NCBI GenBank assembly: GCA_034178815.1
Contig: JAXFQS010000084.1
Location: 2,112 to 66,111, forward strand
Length of the DNA: 64,000 nucleotides
Source of the DNA: Kiritimatiellia bacterium
GTDB lineage: Bacteria; Verrucomicrobiota; Kiritimatiellia; RFP12; DVOR01
Direction of reading: 5' to 3'
Shown: positions 58,198-64,000 of the stretch, piece by piece
Layout: every line of letters starts with the position of its first letter
How positions within the stretch are numbered: position 1 is the stretch's first letter
The notes under the pieces: generated by a model
The model's database searches: none
The model's input: only the letters and a program-made list of their open reading frames with translations
Told to the model about the DNA's origin: nothing
Made by a program: the position numbers and the translations under genes

Positions 58198-58569
58198 CCG
58201 GCCAAGGCAGGAATATTCTCACCTTGACCGGGGTGGACGCTGGGGGGCAGCGTCCGTGACAGGGCGTGTTGGGAACCCTGTCGGGGTGGGTGTGAAGAGA
58301 CGATACCAAAATGCCGCACCCCGATGCAAGAGAATTCGTCCGCTGTCCCAAAAAATCTTTCGATGCCACCCCCGAAACGATTCCCTAGCACCTTCGGGAG
58401 TCATCGATGCGCACGACCGGAACGCCAAGTTGAGCACCTTTCGCCTCCATAAATACCCACCCGCTGCCGGCTGAGATTGCAACCTTTCCCGCTACGGCGC
58501 GGGTATGAGATTGATTTTTCCCGCCATTTATCCTACACTCTCCCTAAACTCACCCTCAGGACACCCCCA

Positions 58570-60669
58570 ATGACCCGTCACGGCGCACTGCCGACCCTAT
58601 TCCTCGGTTCCTTCCTGCTTTTCGGACTCCAACCGCTGACCGGCAAAACCCTATTGCCCGTACTGGGCGGCTCGGCCGGTGTCTGGCTCATCTGCCTCGG
58701 ACTCTTCCAGACCCTCCTGCTCGCTGGCTACCTCTACGCCCACCTCTACACCACCCGCAATCCCCTCTCCCAGCCGAAAATCCTCTGCCACGCCGGGCTG
58801 GTGCATGCGGCCGGACTGGCGACCTTTTTCCTGATTGCGCCCAACTACGCCCACTGGCTCGGGGAACTGCCGAAAAACCCACTAGGCATCGCCCTGGCCG
58901 TGCTCCTTCTAGCGGGCTCAAGTTACATCCTTCTCTCGGCGAACAGCTCCCTCGTCCAAACCTGGGTCTCCCACACCTCCCAACGCCGCGATGTCTACTG
59001 GCTCTACGGCCTCTCCAACGCCGGAAGTCTCCTCGCCCTAGTCCTCTATCCGCTGGCAATCGAACCCTATATTCCCCTGCAATGGCAGTGGAGAGCGTTT
59101 GGTCTCCTCCTCACGATCTACGGTGCCAGCCTCCTCCAATTCATCAACGCCCGGCCCGGCTTCAACCCGCCAAAAGCCCCCGAACCAGGCACGCAAAAGG
59201 GCGGAATCCTGCTTTGGATAGCCCTCCCAGCGCTCTCAACCCTGCTGCTCAACGCCACCACCTTGCACCTGATGAGCGATGCATCCCCGATGCCGCTTCT
59301 CTGGACACTGACCCTCGCGGCCTTTCTCGCCTCCTGGATGGTTGGATTCACGCCAATCGCCGAGAAAGCAATCCACCTTTTGGCCCTGTTGGCGCTTATC
59401 GCGGCGGGTTATGCGGGCTATTGCAGCACCCGGCCAGGCGAACAAGGATTTCTCCTCAACCTACTCGCCGCCGGCGCCCTTTTGTTGCCGGGATGCGCCT
59501 TTCTCCACGCTTGGCTCTATGCCTCAAGACCGAAAGCCGAGCGCCTGACGCTCTTCTACCTCTGCTTGGCGGCGGGCGGCGCGATCGGGGGCGCATTCGC
59601 CTCATTCCTAGCCCCGCTTCTCTTCAACTCCATAGCCGAATATCCGCTCGCCCTCGGGGGGCTTTCCTTGGCGGCGGCGAGCCTGCTTCATAGCCGTTCC
59701 AAATGGGTTTGGGCGGGTTGCGCGGCGGCGCTTTTCCTTGCGGCAAGACCCTTTTGGCAACCCGACTCGCTCGACTTTTTCTACGCGCGCCGCAACGCAT
59801 ACGGTGTGAGCCGGGTGGCGAATCACCTGCTCTCCTATGGTTCGCAAGGCACCTTCAAGACGCACCTTTTCCTGCACGGCTCGACCTGGCACGGAATGCA
59901 GATTTGGGACAATGATTTCTACCATCTCGATCCTACGCTCTACCACACCTCCAACGCCGTCGGCAAGGCGGTTTCGACCCTTCCGGCATTCACCAACGGG
60001 GCTCCTCTGCGCGTAGCCATCCTCGGCATGGGGGCGGGGGTCTGCACCGTCTACGGGCGAACCAACGACCTCTACCGTTGCTACGAAATCAACCCCCAAG
60101 TCGTTGAGCTGGCGACCAATTCCACCTGTTTCACCTTTGTGCGCGACGCCCAGGCAACGGTTGAAATCGCCGTTCAGGACGCCCGCCAAGGGTTGGCTCG
60201 CGAAGCCCGCGAGCGCCAGCCACGCTACGATCTCATCATCCTCGATGTCTATTCCGGCGACTCGATACCGCTGCACCTTGCCACAAGGGAGGCCTTCGAC
60301 CTCTTCCTATCCCGCCTCAAGCCCGGCGGAACTATTGCCCTGCACCTGACGAACTGGCATCTCGATTTGCTACGCCTCTGCCGCGCCGTCCGCGACGAAC
60401 TCCACCTCCAAGTCCGGGCCGAGCAAATCACCGGCGATCGGTTCGGCTCTCCCTGCGTCTGGTGCTACCTCAACCGCGGCGATGCCCCCTTGCCCTCGGG
60501 CGGGCGCGAAATCGACCTCGACCGCGTCAAGAAAGTGCCCCTGATGACCGATGAACGGTGCAGTCTCCTGCCCTTCATCTCCTTCAGCGCCCAGCAACTT
60601 CCATTCCGCGAGAATGCCGCCTTCTGGGACAACCTCTTCGCCCCGAAAGATTACAACCTCATCCACTGA
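58570..60669 (+). CDS. membrane-fused spermidine/spermine synthase-like protein (N-terminal polytopic domain + aminopropyltransferase-like fold)
   Basis: approx. 12 predicted TM helices then VAILGMGAGVCTV, YEINPQVVELA, DLIILDVYSGD, LKPGGTIALH. Confidence 0.55.
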   Translation: MTRHGALPTLFLGSFLLFGLQPLTGKTLLPVLGGSAGVWLICLGLFQTLLLAGYLYAHLYTTRNPLSQPKILCHAGLVHAAGLATFFLIAPNYAHWLGELPKNPLGIALAVLLLAGSSYILLSANSSLVQTWVSHTSQRRDVYWLYGLSNAGSLLALVLYPLAIEPYIPLQWQWRAFGLLLTIYGASLLQFINARPGFNPPKAPEPGTQKGGILLWIALPALSTLLLNATTLHLMSDASPMPLLWTLTLAAFLASWMVGFTPIAEKAIHLLALLALIAAGYAGYCSTRPGEQGFLLNLLAAGALLLPGCAFLHAWLYASRPKAERLTLFYLCLAAGGAIGGAFASFLAPLLFNSIAEYPLALGGLSLAAASLLHSRSKWVWAGCAAALFLAARPFWQPDSLDFFYARRNAYGVSRVANHLLSYGSQGTFKTHLFLHGSTWHGMQIWDNDFYHLDPTLYHTSNAVGKAVSTLPAFTNGAPLRVAILGMGAGVCTVYGRTNDLYRCYEINPQVVELATNSTCFTFVRDAQATVEIAVQDARQGLAREARERQPRYDLIILDVYSGDSIPLHLATREAFDLFLSRLKPGGTIALHLTNWHLDLLRLCRAVRDELHLQVRAEQITGDRFGSPCVWCYLNRGDAPLPSGGREIDLDRVKKVPLMTDERCSLLPFISFSAQQLPFRENAAFWDNLFAPKDYNLIH

Positions 60670-60746
60670 TTCCTACACGCCAGCCGCCCCCGACCCTGCC
60701 AACCTCCGGGGGCGGCTGATGCCAACCTTTTTCCCCATTCGAAACG

Positions 60747-61712
60747 ATGCACCTGCTCCGCGACCTGCCTGCCAAACTCTCCCGCCACACCGCCCTCGTG
60801 GTTACCCTCGCCGCCCTCCTCGGAACCATCCGGCCGGCCACCTTCGGCTGGGTTCAGGGCGAAAGCCAAGTCGCCCTGCTCGGACTGATTATGCTCGCCA
60901 TGGGGGTCACCCTCGCCCCGAACGATGTCCGCGAACTCGCCCGACGCCCGTGGATTGTCGCCGCCGGCACCCTCGCCCAATTCACCGTCATGCCCTGCGC
61001 CGCCTGGGCGATTGCCAAAGCCCTCGGGCTCCCGCCGGCCTTGACCGCCGGCCTCCTGCTGGTCGGCACCTGCCCGGGCGGAGTCTCCTCGAACCTTATG
61101 TCTTGGCTCTGCAAGGGCGATGTCGCCTACTCCGTTGGAATGACCACCCTCTCCACCCTCCTGGCTCCCCTCGCCACGCCCCTGCTGACCCTCCTTCTCG
61201 CGGGGGTCACCGTCCAAGTCGATCCCTGGCCCATGTTCCGCTCCATCCTAACCGTCACCCTCGCCCCCGTGCTACTGGGATTCCTCCTCAACACCTTCCT
61301 CGGAACCACCGCCTTCTGCCGCCACCTCTGCGCCGCAATGCCCGCCGTCGCCGTGCTCGCCCTTGGCTGCATCGTCGGCGGAGTCGCCTCCCAGCAGAGC
61401 GGTGCAATCCTCGCCAGCGGCCCACTCATATTCGCCGCCGTTCTCCTCCACAACGCCTCCGGCTACCTCCTTGGCTACGCCTCCGCCACAGCCCTCCGGC
61501 TTACCCCGCCCCAACGCCGTACCCTATCCATTGAAGTCGGAATGCAGAACGCCGGACTCGCCACCGTGCTCGCCACCCGACACTTCCCGCAGATGCCCGA
61601 AGCCGCCATGCTGTGCGCCATGGCCTGCATTTGGCACTCCGTCTCCGGCGCCGTCCTCGCCAACCTCTTTCTCTCCCTCCAACGCGCCCCCAAGCCCGAT
61701 TCCACCCCTTGA
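60747..61712 (+). CDS. bile acid:sodium symporter (BASS/SBF) family transporter
   Basis: approx. 10 TM, conserved GLLLVGTCPGGVSSN and GMQNAGLA segments. Confidence 0.7.
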   Translation: MHLLRDLPAKLSRHTALVVTLAALLGTIRPATFGWVQGESQVALLGLIMLAMGVTLAPNDVRELARRPWIVAAGTLAQFTVMPCAAWAIAKALGLPPALTAGLLLVGTCPGGVSSNLMSWLCKGDVAYSVGMTTLSTLLAPLATPLLTLLLAGVTVQVDPWPMFRSILTVTLAPVLLGFLLNTFLGTTAFCRHLCAAMPAVAVLALGCIVGGVASQQSGAILASGPLIFAAVLLHNASGYLLGYASATALRLTPPQRRTLSIEVGMQNAGLATVLATRHFPQMPEAAMLCAMACIWHSVSGAVLANLFLSLQRAPKPDSTP

Positions 61713-61861
61713 TTCGTCCCCATTCCGGCGTACCAATCCCCCCACGAAGCGGCACGCCCCTTCCCTCACGGCTCCCCGACTTCGCCCCCATCCCGAATCC
61801 ATCCGCCCAACCGCCGGCAAGGCAACAAAAAGAGGGAGGCCGCCGTTACCGGCAACCTCCC

Positions 61862-62208
61862 CCAATTCCACCGCACTGTAAGCCAGATTCTGTCCCGCCG
61901 AAGCGGTGCGAGTCATTTGTCTAAGCGGCCAACCCGGAACTTGTCCGCCGAAGCGGTGCGGTACGGACAGCACCTCCGTTCCCTATTTGGCCTTGCTCCG
62001 GAAAGGGCTTGCCGCGCGGCGGAGGCTCACACCTCCGCCCGGTGGTCTCTTACACCACCTTTTCACCCTTGCCCGTTGGGGCGGTCTGCTTTCTGTTGCG
62101 CTTTCCGTCGACGCTTTATAGAGGCGTCGCTCCCGGGTTTCCCTCGGGATTTCCCGTCCTGTGGAGTCTGGACTTTCCTCTCTCCGAAGAGAGCGACCCG
62201 CCGTGCGG
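61862..62208 (-). ncRNA. rnpB: RNase P RNA, bacterial type A
   Basis: reverse strand contains GGAAAGUCCAGACUCCACAGG (P4 5'), AGGGUGAAAAGGUGGUGUAAGAGACCACC (P10-12), CCGGAGCAAGGCCAAAUAGGGAA (P15 region), GACAGAAUCUGGCUUACAG (P4 3'); P1 closes UCCACCGCAC/GUGCGGUGGA. Confidence 0.85.
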
Positions 62209-62226
62209 TGGAAAAGGAAATCGGCC

Positions 62227-62928
62227 CTACGCCTTGTAGAGGATGCGCCCGCAACTCTCGCAAACCACCAGCTCGCGCCCGCGCAAAACGGACTGGCGCG
62301 TTGCCGGCGTCTGGATGAGGTTGCACCCGCTGCAAACCCCCGCCTGCACATTCATCCGCACCACAATGGGCCAGCGCGAAGTCTTCAGGCGTTCGTAGTA
62401 GGCCAGATAGGTCGGATCGACCGTCTTGACCGCCTCGTCCCGCTCCGCCTGGGAGCGTGCCAACTCTTCGCGGACGCGATCGAGGCGCTCGGCCATCTCG
62501 CGCTCATGGTCGCCCGCAATGGCCTCGGCCTCCTTGAGCGCCTCGTTCGCCTGCGCCAAGTCCGTCTGAAGCGGAATGAGATCATCGTTGGCAACCGTCA
62601 GACGCGCCTGAACCTGGGAAATCTGCTCGTGAATACGGTCGATATCCTCGTTGAGTGCCTGGAATTCGCGGTTCGTCACCAGATCGTTCTGAGCCTCCTT
62701 GCGGCGGCGAATCGTCTCCTCGTGCTCGACAATCTCGGCTTCGAGGGAGGCCACGCGCGTCCGCGCAGCCAAGAGGGCCCGCTCAACGGCTTGAACATTT
62801 TGACGGGCTTCCGCCAGGCGGCGGAGTTCGGTTCCAGTGTTGGAGGAGGCGTGGTCGATTTCCCGCTGGAGGTCGCGGATGCGGCTATCCACCTCTTGCA
62901 GCGCAAGCAGGCTCTCAATCGTGCTCAT
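62227..62928 (-). CDS. zinc-ribbon domain coiled-coil protein (COG1579-like)
   Basis: long coiled coil followed by CSGCNLIQ...CESCGRILY C4 ribbon. Confidence 0.6.
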   Translation of the reverse strand: MSTIESLLALQEVDSRIRDLQREIDHASSNTGTELRRLAEARQNVQAVERALLAARTRVASLEAEIVEHEETIRRRKEAQNDLVTNREFQALNEDIDRIHEQISQVQARLTVANDDLIPLQTDLAQANEALKEAEAIAGDHEREMAERLDRVREELARSQAERDEAVKTVDPTYLAYYERLKTSRWPIVVRMNVQAGVCSGCNLIQTPATRQSVLRGRELVVCESCGRILYKA

Positions 62929-63250
62929 TTCGATCCTTGTGTAAGTAGAACTGACGGTCAAGTCTACCTTTTTGGAGAACTGATGTCAAGGAAAGTGTTG
63001 GAGACCGCCCCGAGAACCCCAGCGGAATCGGGTTGCCGCCTCCGAGAAGGACGCATTCCACCCCAAAAAAGGCCCCGGTTCACCCCGCTTCGTCCCCGAG
63101 AGATTCCGCCGTATTTCTCTTGAAAGCCGATGGACCTTGCGCTACACTATGGGAAGAGGCTGTTGCCGGTCTGCACCGCGCCGACGCAAAAAAAGTCGCT
63201 CAACCATCAAAAAGTCCGCACGGTTTTGCCGCCGGACTGTTTACAGGAGT

Positions 63251-63796
63251 ATGCAAAAGGGAATCTCGTTGCCCGGAGAGATGGTTCTCCAGCTCACCCA
63301 GCTGCAGGACGACCTCTATCGCCACATCTGCGTCCTATGCGCCGATGTCGAACGGGCCAAAGACATTCTCCAAGAGACCAACCTCGAAATCTGCGCGAAG
63401 TCCCCGACCTTCGACGAGACCAAGGGTACCTTCAAGGCTTGGTGCAAGACCCTCGCCACCTACCAGGTGCGAAAGGCCCTGCTCTACGCCAAACGCGACG
63501 CTAGACGCCTGGTCTTCGACGAAGATGTCTTCAACCTGCTGGTCGACACGCTCGCCCAAGAGCCAGATGCCGACCTTGGACGACGCGTTTCCTGCTTGCA
63601 ATGGTGTATCGGGCGGCTCGACCAAGCTAAACTTCGGCTGATTCGCCTGAGATACTGGCAACGCAGCGGCGTGAGCGAAATCGCGCGACTCTGCAGTTTG
63701 ACGGAATCGGCCATGGCCTCCCGTCTCGTGCGGATCCGTTCCGAACTCGCCGACTGCGTCATACGACAGGAATGTCGTCTGGAAAGGCAACCTTGA
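63251..63796 (+). CDS. ECF-type RNA polymerase sigma factor
   Basis: sigma70 region 2-like (FKAWCKTLATYQVRKAL) and region 4 HTH (LRYWQRSGVSEIARLCSLTESAMASRLVRIRSEL); start at Met 63251. Confidence 0.5.
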   Translation: MQKGISLPGEMVLQLTQLQDDLYRHICVLCADVERAKDILQETNLEICAKSPTFDETKGTFKAWCKTLATYQVRKALLYAKRDARRLVFDEDVFNLLVDTLAQEPDADLGRRVSCLQWCIGRLDQAKLRLIRLRYWQRSGVSEIARLCSLTESAMASRLVRIRSELADCVIRQECRLERQP

Positions 63797-63808
63797 AGAG
63801 CATGCCTG

Positions 63809-64000
63809 AGTTTCACCTGCTCCTCGAACGCCTGTTCGACGGCGGCCTGCGCGGCGACGAGCGCGAACGGTTCAATGCCATTCTACGCCCAAACCGCCAG
63901 GCGCGGCACGAATGGGTTGAGCAGATTGAGATTCATGCCCGACTGTCCAGGTTCCCCGACCTGCTGAAAGATTCCGGTCGCCGGGTGCAGATGAAGCAAG
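63809..64000 (+). CDS. putative anti-sigma factor (partial, 3' end outside window)
   Basis: immediately follows ECF sigma gene (12-nt gap); N-terminal helical segment; assignment by position only. Confidence 0.25.

Noticed and set aside
58100-58480. SRP RNA (4.5S), 6S RNA, tmRNA or TPP/SAM/cobalamin/ZTP riboswitch in the nfu upstream region
   Set aside because: Manual comparison with remembered consensus elements (SRP domain IV, tmRNA termini, B12 box, TPP CUGAGA context) found only fragmentary matches such as GCCAAGGCAG; left unassigned.
61917-62351. Several 70-130-aa ORFs on both strands (61917..62318, 61983..62351, 62009..62239, 62063..62335)
   Set aside because: They overlay the RNase P RNA gene; ORFs in a structured-RNA locus of a high-GC genome are expected by chance.

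Overview
64 kb window of a high-GC (about 60-65%) bacterial chromosome. Gene content suggests the Planctomycetes-Verrucomicrobia-Chlamydiae (PVC) superphylum, probably Verrucomicrobiota. Supporting features are an exosortase fused to EpsI, expanded FGE-sulfatase-domain proteins, membrane-fused spermidine-synthase-like proteins, a DUF2723 GT-C-like giant membrane protein, and many secreted CAZymes (GH28, GH78, tandem esterase); this assignment is inference only. Coding density is high, and many neighbouring genes overlap by 1-4 nt (ATGA, GTGA, TGATG), implying translational coupling in long operons.

Housekeeping genes recognised: prfA (partial 5'), murF, nth, topA, a type IIA topoisomerase B subunit (ParE/GyrB), ribE, secG, an EF-G paralog, rpsA, tyrS, recO, aroQ, panB, proB, gnd, tsaE, and an RNase P RNA (rnpB, minus strand, found by conserved P4/P15 sequence). 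No tRNA, rRNA, CRISPR array or obvious mobile element was seen.

Loci worth a second look:
(1) A minus-strand operon panB -> KS-like (active-site Cys->Trp, His->Asn) -> AT-like(dead Ser->Gly)-DH-PPTase fusion -> PSP1 -> aroQ -> pfkB kinase -> recO. This is a split, catalytically degenerate type-I PKS-like module with an apparently intact Sfp-type phosphopantetheinyl transferase domain.
(2) A plus-strand operon ATP-grasp ligase -> M23 lipoprotein peptidase -> lone MalK-like ABC ATPase -> exosortase::EpsI fusion (with an inserted Cys4 zinc-ribbon) -> orphan Dam-family DNA m6A methyltransferase overlapping the exosortase stop.
(3) A minus-strand operon of a triple-CBM-like secreted protein, GH78 rhamnosidase, an ECF sigma factor fused to a TM/extracytoplasmic domain, an FGE-domain protein, and a 1510-aa secreted ThuA-like/M60-like peptidase/FGE/ThuA-like/SGNH multi-enzyme.
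(4) A ppk1-ppx deletion scar leaving two pseudogene fragments.
(5) A family of short GC-rich palindromic motifs (core CCGAAAGGTTGC/GCAACCTTTCGG and AAGGTGCCTATCC) recurring in at least 10 intergenic regions.
(6) A hairpin-rich 300-nt intergenic region with a minus-strand intrinsic terminator just upstream of the nfu-tsaE-SDR-gnd-proB operon (candidate riboswitch or sRNA).
(7) topA with Cys-free tandem C-terminal repeats in place of zinc ribbons.

Coordinates derived from my manual counting may be off by 1-2 nt.
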